Sequence record: SRR31156797_2006
Length of the DNA stretch: 44,014 nucleotides
Reading direction: 5' to 3' (one strand)
The notes under the pieces are model-generated. The model was not told the DNA's origin. It did not search any database and worked only from the letters and a program-made list of their open reading frames with translations. Below are positions 1 to 8,457 of the stretch, one piece after another. Position 1 is the first letter of the stretch; every line of letters begins with the position of its first letter. Both the position numbers and the translations under genes were made by a program.

Positions 1-1
1 G

Positions 2-319
2 TCCGGCGGTCAGCAGCAGCGTGTAGCAATTGCCCGTGCATTGGCTATGCAGCCCAAAATTATGCTTTTTGACGAACCTACCTCGGCTCTTGATCCGGAA
101 ATGATCAAGGAGGTTCTTGACGTTATGCGTGAGCTGGCTGAGCAGGGCATGACCATGATCTGCGTTACCCATGAAATGGGTTTTGCTCGCGAAGTGGCCG
201 ATACCATGGTCTTCATGGATAAGGGCCAGATCGTGGAATATGCACCGGTGAAGGATTTCTTTACCGCGCCCAAAGAAGAGCGCAGCCGTATGTTCTTGGA
301 GCAGATTTTGAATCATTAG
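2..319 (+). CDS. Polar amino acid ABC transporter ATP-binding protein (GlnQ family), 5'-truncated by the window edge
   Basis: Frame is open from nt 2: [33 protein letters not shown] (signature, Walker B, D-loop) and [13 protein letters not shown] (H-loop). Confidence 0.95.
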   Translation, partial: SGGQQQRVAIARALAMQPKIMLFDEPTSALDPEMIKEVLDVMRELAEQGMTMICVTHEMGFAREVADTMVFMDKGQIVEYAPVKDFFTAPKEERSRMFLEQILNH

Positions 320-330
320 GATTTTATATA

Positions 331-1158
331 ATGTCGTTAAATTTAATTAATAGTCGTCCCTTGATCTGGGCGCATCGCGGGGGACGTTCCCTTGCGGCTG
401 AAAATACACTGGCAGCAGCACGCAAGGCCAAAGAGGCTGGTGCAGACGGCTGGGAACTTGATGTGCAGGTTACCAAGGATGGAGAAGTCATTCTCCTTCA
501 CGACCTGAATCTGCTGCGTTCTACCAATGCCAGTGTTCATCCATTGTTTATCGGTAATCCTCCAGCTTTGCCGTGGAGATTCAGCCTTACTGAGATTAAA
601 CAGCTCAGCGCGGATATTTTCCCGCGCCGTTTCTGTCCTCCCAAATATATCGAGCAGCCGTGGCGGGAACTGCCGGAAAATCTTCCAGCAGATTTGCGTA
701 TCCCCACGCTGGTTGAGGCCCTGAAACTCAGCAGGGATCTTGATATGTGGGTCAATGTGGAGATTAAGGACCTCAGCAAAGCGGTTCCTGACTCACTTGC
801 CGGGGATATTGTGGAAAAGGTGCTCGGAATCATCCGGGAGCAATCCATGGATGATCAGGTGGTGGTTTCTTCTTTTAACCACGATTACGTGCGCAGGAGC
901 AAAGAAATCGCCTCGCATATTCTCACCGGAGTGCTGACCGAGCATAAGTATGCCGGAAATCCGCTTGAAGCGGCTCGTATAGCTAAAGCTGATGCATGGC
1001 ATCCGGGGTTTCGTTTTCTCTCCGCAGAGAAGGTCAAGGACGCGCGGGAAGCGGGACTGGCTGTTAATCCGTATACGGTTAATGAATTAGAAGATATGAA
1101 GCGACTTACAGAGTGGGGTGTGACCGGGCTGGTTACCGATTATCCGCAGAATGTATAG
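331..1158 (+). CDS. Glycerophosphodiester phosphodiesterase (GDPD, UgpQ-like), cytoplasmic
   Basis: WAHRGG..AAENT, ELDVQVTKDGEVILLHD, NVEIK, SSF, YTVN and GVTGLVTDYP motifs; no signal peptide. Confidence 0.93.
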   Translation: MSLNLINSRPLIWAHRGGRSLAAENTLAAARKAKEAGADGWELDVQVTKDGEVILLHDLNLLRSTNASVHPLFIGNPPALPWRFSLTEIKQLSADIFPRRFCPPKYIEQPWRELPENLPADLRIPTLVEALKLSRDLDMWVNVEIKDLSKAVPDSLAGDIVEKVLGIIREQSMDDQVVVSSFNHDYVRRSKEIASHILTGVLTEHKYAGNPLEAARIAKADAWHPGFRFLSAEKVKDAREAGLAVNPYTVNELEDMKRLTEWGVTGLVTDYPQNV

Positions 1159-1179
1159 ATTGATCGCAAATGCTTAATT

Positions 1180-1212
1180 AAAAAGGCCGATTCCAGATGG
1201 AATCGGCCTTTT
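1180..1212. terminator. Bidirectional intrinsic terminator
   Basis: AAAAAGGCCGATTCCAGATGGAATCGGCCTTTT, a perfect stem with A/T tails between convergent genes. Confidence 0.85.
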
Positions 1213-1282
1213 CTATATAAACGACTGCCGGAACAGTGCTGCATTGTCCTAAGGGGGAACCGGCAGTCGGAGGGGGGTGGAG

Positions 1283-2749
1283 CTAGACAAAACGGTCATA
1301 TTCGGGGAGGAGCTTGACCTTTTCCGTTTCTGTCCCTTTATGTTTGAGGGCAATGCTCCACGCATCGGCAAATGATTCATGTTGGCTGTTAATGTGGGCT
1401 GCTGATTCACCATCACCAGCTCGGCTGGCGTAATCCGCAAGGGTGGTCAGGGAGTCGGTGACCACATCCATCAGGCCCAGATTGCGTGATTCTGCGGCAC
1501 TTCTTCCAATTTCAGCCAGTTGCGTTCCAATATTTCTCATTTCAGCTGGTTCGCTTTTGCGGAGCATGGTTATGCCAATGTCGCGCAGGGTCTGGATATG
1601 CTGGGTAGCTTCTTCCCGCTTGTCTGCAAAGGTCGCCTGTTGTGCTGCTCTGGTTGTGTCCGTGGCTGCTGCGGACAACTCTTCTGTTCCCATGGGAAAA
1701 CGGATCAGGAAGGTCGGAGTTCCACCCGGGAGTTGCTTGGCTGCCTCCACTGTTTTGTTGCTTTGCATGCGCAGCAGGGCCGCTGAATGGGGCTGACCTG
1801 CGGAGTCGGCCTGCTTGCTGAGTTTGTTTTGGGTCAGGGTGACGTTGACCAGTGCCTCAGCATCACCACGCTCGGCTGCCTGCTCGGACAGGGTGGAAAA
1901 TCGCAGGATTATGGTATTCGCCAAAGGCGTATCGCCGGCTTCCCATGCAGTTTGTACAAGCGCGGGCAGGGTCTGCAGTGCGCTTGACAGGCTCACCGGG
2001 AAATCTGCGCGCGAAGCGGAACGGACCATCCCGTCGAGATCATCCAGTGTTTTTTTCAGCCCCGGATTATCGCCATTTTTAATGGCCTGCATGCCGCCAT
2101 CCAGTAGTGTCCGGCCTACACCGCTGCCATGTTCGCTGAACATGTCCATGTTGATGCGCAGCATTTTGTCGGCAAATCCTTCATTTCCGAAATTTTGCTG
2201 TGCGGTATGGCGCATTTGGCGCAGGGCCACGTCTGCGGTGCGTACCGGCCCCATTCTTCCTTTGCGGATTACTGCCTTGCCGGTGTCTGCGATGAGGTCG
2301 GCAATTATGCGTGCGGTATCTGTGTTGCCGTTATTCAGCGCTTCGCTGCCCAGATCTCCCAGAGTGAGCAGACCTCCGTTGCAGAGCGCTTCATCCCCCA
2401 TGCGCACGGCCTTACGCGAGAAATCCTTTAAAGTATGGCAATGGGCCTGAGCTCCGGTCCAGTCTTCCCGTTCCATGCACTGGCGTGCAGCATCGCGGGT
2501 ATCGCGCATGGAGAGCCGGAGTGTGTCGGTGTTCACAGCTTCAGCGGTTCGGTCTGTAACGGTTTTGCCTTTCCGGTCCGGTATATGGGAGTTAGGTGTC
2601 CGCGAAAGACTGTTTTTGGCTGTTTTGACCATCCTGCTGATAAGTGATCCGTTCGCACCTTCTTTGGCTGAGGTTGCAGTTGACTGTGATGTCTTTGCGA
2701 TGTTTCCTGTATTGTCGGGGGTGGTTAATTTTGTGTTGTTCAGCTTCAT
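1283..2749 (-). CDS. Hypothetical 488-aa protein with an S/T/N/K-rich N-terminus followed by alpha-helical repeats
   Basis: Long ORF; ATG at 2749 (MKLNNTK) is preceded by an AAGGAG RBS and a sigma54 motif, so the 2902 start in the ORF track is unlikely. Confidence 0.8.
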   Translation of the reverse strand: MKLNNTKLTTPDNTGNIAKTSQSTATSAKEGANGSLISRMVKTAKNSLSRTPNSHIPDRKGKTVTDRTAEAVNTDTLRLSMRDTRDAARQCMEREDWTGAQAHCHTLKDFSRKAVRMGDEALCNGGLLTLGDLGSEALNNGNTDTARIIADLIADTGKAVIRKGRMGPVRTADVALRQMRHTAQQNFGNEGFADKMLRINMDMFSEHGSGVGRTLLDGGMQAIKNGDNPGLKKTLDDLDGMVRSASRADFPVSLSSALQTLPALVQTAWEAGDTPLANTIILRFSTLSEQAAERGDAEALVNVTLTQNKLSKQADSAGQPHSAALLRMQSNKTVEAAKQLPGGTPTFLIRFPMGTEELSAAATDTTRAAQQATFADKREEATQHIQTLRDIGITMLRKSEPAEMRNIGTQLAEIGRSAAESRNLGLMDVVTDSLTTLADYASRAGDGESAAHINSQHESFADAWSIALKHKGTETEKVKLLPEYDRFV

Positions 2750-2786
2750 AGTCCAACTCCTTGAGAAATAATGTTGTATTTCAACT

Positions 2787-2802
2787 AGCAAAGAGAGTGC
2801 CA
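2787..2802 (-). promoter_or_regulatory. Sigma54 (-24/-12) promoter
   Basis: Minus strand reads TGGCACTCTCTTTGCT, matching the TGGCAC-N5-TTGCW consensus, about 40 nt upstream of the ATG at 2749. Confidence 0.8.
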
Positions 2803-2934
2803 TTTTAGATCTTCTTGAAATCAAGGTCGTTAGATGAGAGATAGGGGGGATGGTGATTGTTTTTCGCTGCCACTGTTGTGGGCAAAAATGGTGGGATGCC
2901 ACGATTGTTGGTAGTAATTTTAATTTAGGGATAC

Positions 2935-2975
2935 AAAAAAACGGTCGGTTCCAGATGGAGCCGACCGTTTTTTTT
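2935..2975. terminator. Intrinsic terminator (for the symporter on the minus strand)
   Basis: AAAAAAACGGTCGGTTCCAGATGGAGCCGACCGTTTTTTTT hairpin with tails on both sides. Confidence 0.85.
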
Positions 2976-2992
2976 GCGTGGAAAACAGGATG

Positions 2993-4279
2993 TTACTGCT
3001 GCGTGGCCTCGCGGACTTCCCAACATTCCTGATCAATTTCATTTTCGCTGTTGGCTACTGCGCAAGTTACAGCAAGGTCACCGGTAACGTTGGTACAGGT
3101 GCGGCCCATGTCGAGCAGGGCATCAATGCCGAAGATCATGGCATAAGCCAGTGCGGTGGGCGAACCGGCGGTGATTTCCAGGCCTACGGAGTTGAGCACG
3201 ATCATGAGCATGATTGCGCCTGCGCCGGGAATCCCTGCGGTTCCGAGGGATGCCAGAACAGTGGTTCCGATGACGGTAATCTGCTGGCTGGCGGTCAGGG
3301 GTTCACCAATGGCGTAACCGATAAACAGGGCGCATACCCCCTGATAAATTGCGGTACCGTCCATATTAATGGTTGCACCCAGCGGCAGGGAGAAGGAGTA
3401 TATACTTTTGTCTACACCCAGTTCTTTGTCTGCTACTTCCATACTGATGGGCAGCACGCCACTGCTGGATCTGGTTACAAATGCGGCAATGGATGCGGTT
3501 TTGACCTTTTTGAAGAAGGTCATGGGATTTATCTTGAAGAGCAGCAGGCCACCGCCATAGATAAAGAAGATATGGCAGGCAAAAGCAAGGTAAGTAGCGA
3601 TAACAACCACACCTAGCGGGCCGAACGCCTTGGAGCCCTGAGCCCCGAAAACAACAGCGATAAGTGCGAATACACCGATGGGAACATATTGCAGCACCCA
3701 GTCGATGATGATGTACATTACTTCAGCAAGGCCTTCGAAGAGATAGAAGAGGGAGTCTCCGGCATTTTTGATGCGTGCATCTTCGCTGTGGCGCAGTATG
3801 GAAATGGCAATACCTGTGATGATGCAGAAGAAGATGGTGGAGAGAACATCACCGGTAGTAATAGCTGCAAAGGGGTTTTTGGGGATGATGTTGATCAGGA
3901 TATCGAGAAAGGATGTTGCCTTGGGAGCTGCGACTTTAAGGGTCGCACCTTCTGCTGCCAGTTCGAGGCCGTTACCGGGCTGGAGGATGTTTCCGAAAAA
4001 GAGGCCGATGGCAACTGCGAATCCGGTGGTCAGCATGTAAAAGCCCATACACTTAGCGCCTACTTTACCGAGCTGGCTGGGTTTTACGCTGCCTGCCCCG
4101 ACAATGATGGTAGAGACGATAACAGGCATTACGATCATTTTCAGCGAACGGACCAATATATCTCCTAGCGGAGACAGTATTTTTGCTTCAGGACCTAGAA
4201 TAAGTCCTGCAATGGCCCCTAATACCAGACCAATAATGATTCGAATTAACAGGTTACTTTTGAAGTACCAAGAAAACAT
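2993..4279 (-). CDS. Dicarboxylate/amino acid:cation symporter (DAACS, GltP/GltT-like)
   Basis: LKMIVMP, IIPKNPF, TRSSSGVLP (HP1), PLGATINMDGTA (NMDGT), GTAGIPG (HP2) and DMGRTCTNVTGD (TM8) motifs. Confidence 0.95.
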   Translation of the reverse strand: MFSWYFKSNLLIRIIIGLVLGAIAGLILGPEAKILSPLGDILVRSLKMIVMPVIVSTIIVGAGSVKPSQLGKVGAKCMGFYMLTTGFAVAIGLFFGNILQPGNGLELAAEGATLKVAAPKATSFLDILINIIPKNPFAAITTGDVLSTIFFCIITGIAISILRHSEDARIKNAGDSLFYLFEGLAEVMYIIIDWVLQYVPIGVFALIAVVFGAQGSKAFGPLGVVVIATYLAFACHIFFIYGGGLLLFKINPMTFFKKVKTASIAAFVTRSSSGVLPISMEVADKELGVDKSIYSFSLPLGATINMDGTAIYQGVCALFIGYAIGEPLTASQQITVIGTTVLASLGTAGIPGAGAIMLMIVLNSVGLEITAGSPTALAYAMIFGIDALLDMGRTCTNVTGDLAVTCAVANSENEIDQECWEVREATQQ

Positions 4280-4534
4280 CTTCCCTCCTGATAATAATTA
4301 AGAGTGTGCTCAAAAAGAATTTTAAGAGAAATAAAATTCCGTTTATCGAAAAAATGTATGGGATTTTAAGAGAAATCCGGAAAAGTGTAGGGCTTGATAG
4401 CAGTTCTTGGTATTCTTCGCAAGGTTGGGGACGGATGGCTTTTGAAAGGCAAAAGGCGCTTACGTAAATCTTCTTTTTTAAGTGTATGTCTCAGTGCGGA
4501 TTGACATCACCAGACACAAATGTGATTTTTAAGT

Positions 4535-5335
4535 ATGAAAAAATATTTTCACAATTGCATGCCTAAATATCTGTGCGGCATTTTGATTCTGGTTGCAGCA
4601 TTTTCTTTTCTCATTTCATCTTCTGCATATGCGAAATCCAAGCTCCCGTTTTATCCCGGTGAAAAAATAGAATATAATCTTTATTGGACCGTGTTTCATG
4701 CTGGATATGCAGAACTGACTACGTCCAAGGGCAATGGAACTTCCGGTCCGATATTCAATGCAACAGCCCGCACAAATGATTTCGTAGATGTGTTTTACAA
4801 GGTAAGAAATCGTATCGAATCAATTACGACTCCGGGGATGGATTCGGCTCTTTATTATTTTAAAAAACAACGTGAAGGCGATTACCATAGGGATATAACC
4901 CTCCGCTTTGACTGGAATACCTTCTCGGTCACCAGATATGGTTCTGACGGGACATTTCGTCAGAAACTACCCATCTATCCCGGAGAGTTTGGTCCTCTGT
5001 CCATTTTGTTTTCATTTCGAACGCATCCTTTGGAAGTTGGTTATGAATTTATCTGTCCAATAACAGACGGTAAAAAGTCGGTCATCGGTAGGGCCATGGT
5101 TACGGGAAGAGAGACTATCGAAGTTGCAGGTAAAGAATATGATACTTTTGTGGTCGAACCAGAGATCAAGGATCTCGGTGGTGTTTTCAAGAAAAGCCCG
5201 GACGCAACACTTAAAATGTGGTTTACTGCTGATGAGCTACGCATTCCGGTAAAGGTTAAAAGTGAAGTTTCAGTAGGCCATTTTTCCGTAGAACTTTCCA
5301 AATACACTCCCGGTGACCCAGAGGCAAAATATTGA
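4535..5335 (+). CDS. Exported DUF3108-like protein
   Basis: Signal peptide (..SSSAYA|K), PFYPGEKIEY start, DVFYKVRNRIES, ETIEVAGKEYDT and MWFTADELRIPVKVKSEVSVG. The start may be the ATG at 4559. Confidence 0.75.
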   Translation: MKKYFHNCMPKYLCGILILVAAFSFLISSSAYAKSKLPFYPGEKIEYNLYWTVFHAGYAELTTSKGNGTSGPIFNATARTNDFVDVFYKVRNRIESITTPGMDSALYYFKKQREGDYHRDITLRFDWNTFSVTRYGSDGTFRQKLPIYPGEFGPLSILFSFRTHPLEVGYEFICPITDGKKSVIGRAMVTGRETIEVAGKEYDTFVVEPEIKDLGGVFKKSPDATLKMWFTADELRIPVKVKSEVSVGHFSVELSKYTPGDPEAKY

Positions 5336-5396
5336 AAATCAATGCTGTATAATATGGATTTAAAACTCATTCAGACTGAATTATTTAATAATCAAA

Positions 5397-6521
5397 ATGA
5401 CAAACAAAACATATAAGCCTGTTTTTACTTTTCCCTTTTTTAAACATTGTAAAAAGGTGTCTGTTCTTGTTCTTTTTTTAATGTGCTACACAATTTTACC
5501 CGTACAGGCACAGCAGCCTAAAATTAAGTATTCTACAAAGGATTCAAATTCCACTTCAGTTACAACTCCTGAGTTTTCGGACGAACTTATTGATAAGGCA
5601 TTAGAAGAGAGTGATGCGGATTTGCTTGATACAGTCCAAGTTCAATTGAGCAAACCACTTATGGCTTCAGCTAAGTGGATGGACGCTTTTTTGTCGGACG
5701 ATGACTTTACTGAAGAGGTCAATAAAACTTTCCTTCGGCTTCGCTTGGGATTTTATACTGAATTTGAAAATCCTGGACCGGATTCTAGGTCTGACCTGTC
5801 ACTTTTCTTGAATTTGCCTAATACCGAAGATCGGATGCAGCTTGTTGTTACAAGTATGCTGGACTCTGATGACGACGGGCTTACCGGGGTAGACAAAGCT
5901 GTTCGTGATTTTGAAACCCAGAATAAAGCGGAAAATACAGTGGGGTTACGTTATTTTTTGGTCCAAGGGGTGCAAAATAACCTTGGCCTTCATGCGGGGG
6001 TGTCCTTCCATGACAACAACCTCGAACTCATGGGGCAAATTCGCTACCGCTATAAATTTGATATTACCGATGATTGGGCTAGCAGATTTTCAGTTCGATA
6101 TAGGCAATACACTGCCAGAGGATTTGAAACTAAAGCTGCGTTGAGTTTTGAACGACAGGTTGGACATCTGTTTTTTACTACCGATCTGGAAAATTATTAC
6201 GAGGATCGAAACAGTCAATTCAACAACAATATTAATTTTCGGCTGTTTCAGCCATTGAATGAAGATCAGGCTCTTGAATATACTTGGGCCAATGGATTTG
6301 AGCACAGCAGTGATTATTCTGGATTTGAATCTCTAAAATTAGCAACCAAATTTCGCAGCAGATTTCTTAAAGACTGGTTGTTCTGTGAAATTGTTCCTCA
6401 AGTCTCCTGGGAAAGGGAATATGATTGGCGTACAAATCCCGGCATCATGTTTCGCTTTGAAATGAAGTTCGGTCAGAAATCAATGGAAGAGACTATGAAT
6501 AGACTTGTTAATTCTAAATAA
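5397..6521 (+). CDS. Putative outer-membrane beta-barrel protein
   Basis: Signal peptide (LPVQA|Q), alternating aromatic/hydrophobic strands, WMDAFL, LPNTEDRMQL and C-terminal PGIMFRFEMKFG. Confidence 0.6.
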   Translation: MTNKTYKPVFTFPFFKHCKKVSVLVLFLMCYTILPVQAQQPKIKYSTKDSNSTSVTTPEFSDELIDKALEESDADLLDTVQVQLSKPLMASAKWMDAFLSDDDFTEEVNKTFLRLRLGFYTEFENPGPDSRSDLSLFLNLPNTEDRMQLVVTSMLDSDDDGLTGVDKAVRDFETQNKAENTVGLRYFLVQGVQNNLGLHAGVSFHDNNLELMGQIRYRYKFDITDDWASRFSVRYRQYTARGFETKAALSFERQVGHLFFTTDLENYYEDRNSQFNNNINFRLFQPLNEDQALEYTWANGFEHSSDYSGFESLKLATKFRSRFLKDWLFCEIVPQVSWEREYDWRTNPGIMFRFEMKFGQKSMEETMNRLVNSK

Positions 6522-6645
6522 CGAAAAGCGCACGTCTGCCACATTTTTACCAAACATAGAGACTGGGCGCGTCCCACTTGACCCAATTTAATTTAGCGGT
6601 CACACTGGCGACCCAATTTATATATAAATATAAGGAGGCTGGCCC

Positions 6646-8403
6646 GTGAACCTGCAAGATACCCCGACCCTGAAAAATGCGCTGGCACTGAGCGCCGAGA
6701 AATATGCTGATCGTCCCGCTGTCTGCTTTGTGGGCGAAGCCCCCATGACCTACCGCGAATTCAAAATGCTGGTGGATGACATTTCTTTGCTGCTCCATAG
6801 CCGCAGCATCACCAAGGGAGACAAAGTTGCCATCCTGAGTGAGAACATGCCCAACTGGGGTGCAGCCTATCTTGCAATTACTTGCATGGGTGCCGTCGCC
6901 ATTCCGATACTCACCGAATTTCATGAAGGTGCAGTGCATCACATTTTGCGTCATTCCGAATCCAAGGCCATCTTTGTTTCAGAACGGTTGAAGCCCAAAG
7001 TGGATGAGTACGAATCGGACAACCTCCACACCGTCATCACTATCAATGACTTTTCACTTTCAACTGAGGACGGATTGCGCCAGACTTTCAAGGAAGGCAT
7101 GGCTCAAGCTCGCAAATCCTTTGAACAGGTCAAGGAGCAGGTCAAGGAACGAATCAGCAGGGAGCTTGAGAAATACACGGACATGGGCAAGGAATACGTT
7201 CGCCCATCAATGGAAATCGACGTTGATGACGTTGCCGCAATCTTATACACATCCGGCACCACGGGAAGCTCCAAAGGCGTCATTCTTACGCATCGCAATA
7301 TAGTGTTCAATGCTATGGCAAGTGCCAATATCATTGACGTGAACACCGAGGACCGTCTTGTTTCGGTCTTGCCGCTGGCACACACCTTCGAATGCACACT
7401 GGGCATGGTTCTGCCGCTTATTCATGGAGCTTCTATTCATTATCTTCGCAAGCCGCCCACGCCCAAAACCTTGCTTCCGGCCATGGTCAAGGTCAAACCG
7501 ACCCTGCTGCTCATCGTGCCGCTGATTATTGAAAAAATCTTTAAGAACCGCGTCCAGCCCAAGCTCAAGGGGTCTGGCATTATGCGTAACGTCATGAAGC
7601 TCGGTGCTGCTCGTAAAAAGCTTTATGCGGTCGCCGGTAAAAAACTCATGGAAGCCTTTGGCGGGCAGCTTCGCTGCATGCCCATTGGCGGTGCATTCCT
7701 GGCCCCTGAAGTTGAGGATTTTCTCGTACATGCCGGCCTGCCCTATACCGTTGGCTACGGCATGACTGAGACCAGTCCGCTCTGTTCCGGCGAAGCACCT
7801 AGTTCCGCCCGTTTCCGCTCTGCCGGACGAATTCTCAAAGGTATGGAAGTAAAGATCGACAATCCCGATCTCGAGACCGGAGAAGGTGAGATTCTGGTCA
7901 AGGGGCCCAACGTCATGCAGGGCTACTACAAGGCTCCTAAAGTCACGGAAGAAGTACTCATGGAAGACGGCTTTTTGCGCACCGGTGATCTTGGGTATAT
8001 TGACGAGGACGGATATATTTTTCTGCGTGGTCGCTTGAAGAACGTGATAATCGGCCCCAGTGGGGAAAATATTTATCCCGAAGAAGTCGAATCTATTATC
8101 GGTGAATGTGACTATGTATTGGAATCAATAGTCTATCGCGCTGAGGGCAGGCTCGTTGCCCGCGTTCATCTCGATTATGTCAAATTTGATGAAGAACGTG
8201 GCACCGGCAAAATGATTGAATCAAAAGCCCGCGAAGCCGTGCAGAAGCATCTCGAATCCATCAAGAAGACCGTCAACGGCAAGGTCTCCAGTTTCGCTAA
8301 AATCACAAAGATAATCGAACAAGACGAGCCGTTTGAAAAAACTCCCACTAAAAAGATTAAGCGCTATCTCTACATAGATGTGGAAGAGAACCAAAAACGA
8401 TAA
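6646..8403 (+). CDS. fadD: Long-chain fatty acid--CoA ligase (AMP-binding)
   Basis: YTSGTTGSSKG, GYGMTETSP, GEILVKGPNVMQGYY, TGDLG and GRLKNVI..SGENIYPEE; GTG start after an AGGAGG RBS. Confidence 0.9.
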   Translation: MNLQDTPTLKNALALSAEKYADRPAVCFVGEAPMTYREFKMLVDDISLLLHSRSITKGDKVAILSENMPNWGAAYLAITCMGAVAIPILTEFHEGAVHHILRHSESKAIFVSERLKPKVDEYESDNLHTVITINDFSLSTEDGLRQTFKEGMAQARKSFEQVKEQVKERISRELEKYTDMGKEYVRPSMEIDVDDVAAILYTSGTTGSSKGVILTHRNIVFNAMASANIIDVNTEDRLVSVLPLAHTFECTLGMVLPLIHGASIHYLRKPPTPKTLLPAMVKVKPTLLLIVPLIIEKIFKNRVQPKLKGSGIMRNVMKLGAARKKLYAVAGKKLMEAFGGQLRCMPIGGAFLAPEVEDFLVHAGLPYTVGYGMTETSPLCSGEAPSSARFRSAGRILKGMEVKIDNPDLETGEGEILVKGPNVMQGYYKAPKVTEEVLMEDGFLRTGDLGYIDEDGYIFLRGRLKNVIIGPSGENIYPEEVESIIGECDYVLESIVYRAEGRLVARVHLDYVKFDEERGTGKMIESKAREAVQKHLESIKKTVNGKVSSFAKITKIIEQDEPFEKTPTKKIKRYLYIDVEENQKR

Positions 8404-8412
8404 AAAATATCT

Positions 8413-8442
8413 AAAGGATTTAAGAGTTTTTTTAAGTCCTTG
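8413..8442. repeat. Degenerate copy of the tRNA-Val trailer hairpin; probably also a terminator between fadD and the Fe-S gene
   Basis: AAAGGATTTAAGAGTTTTTTTAAGTCCTTG versus AAAGGACTTAAGAATTTCTTCTTAAGTCCTTG at 9696-9727. Confidence 0.6.
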
Positions 8443-8457
8443 TTTTATCTATCCGTT

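Noticed and set aside
2750-2902. N-terminal extension of the orphan ORF to 539 aa
   Set aside because: The RBS and sigma54 promoter lie within this stretch, pointing to the ATG at 2749.
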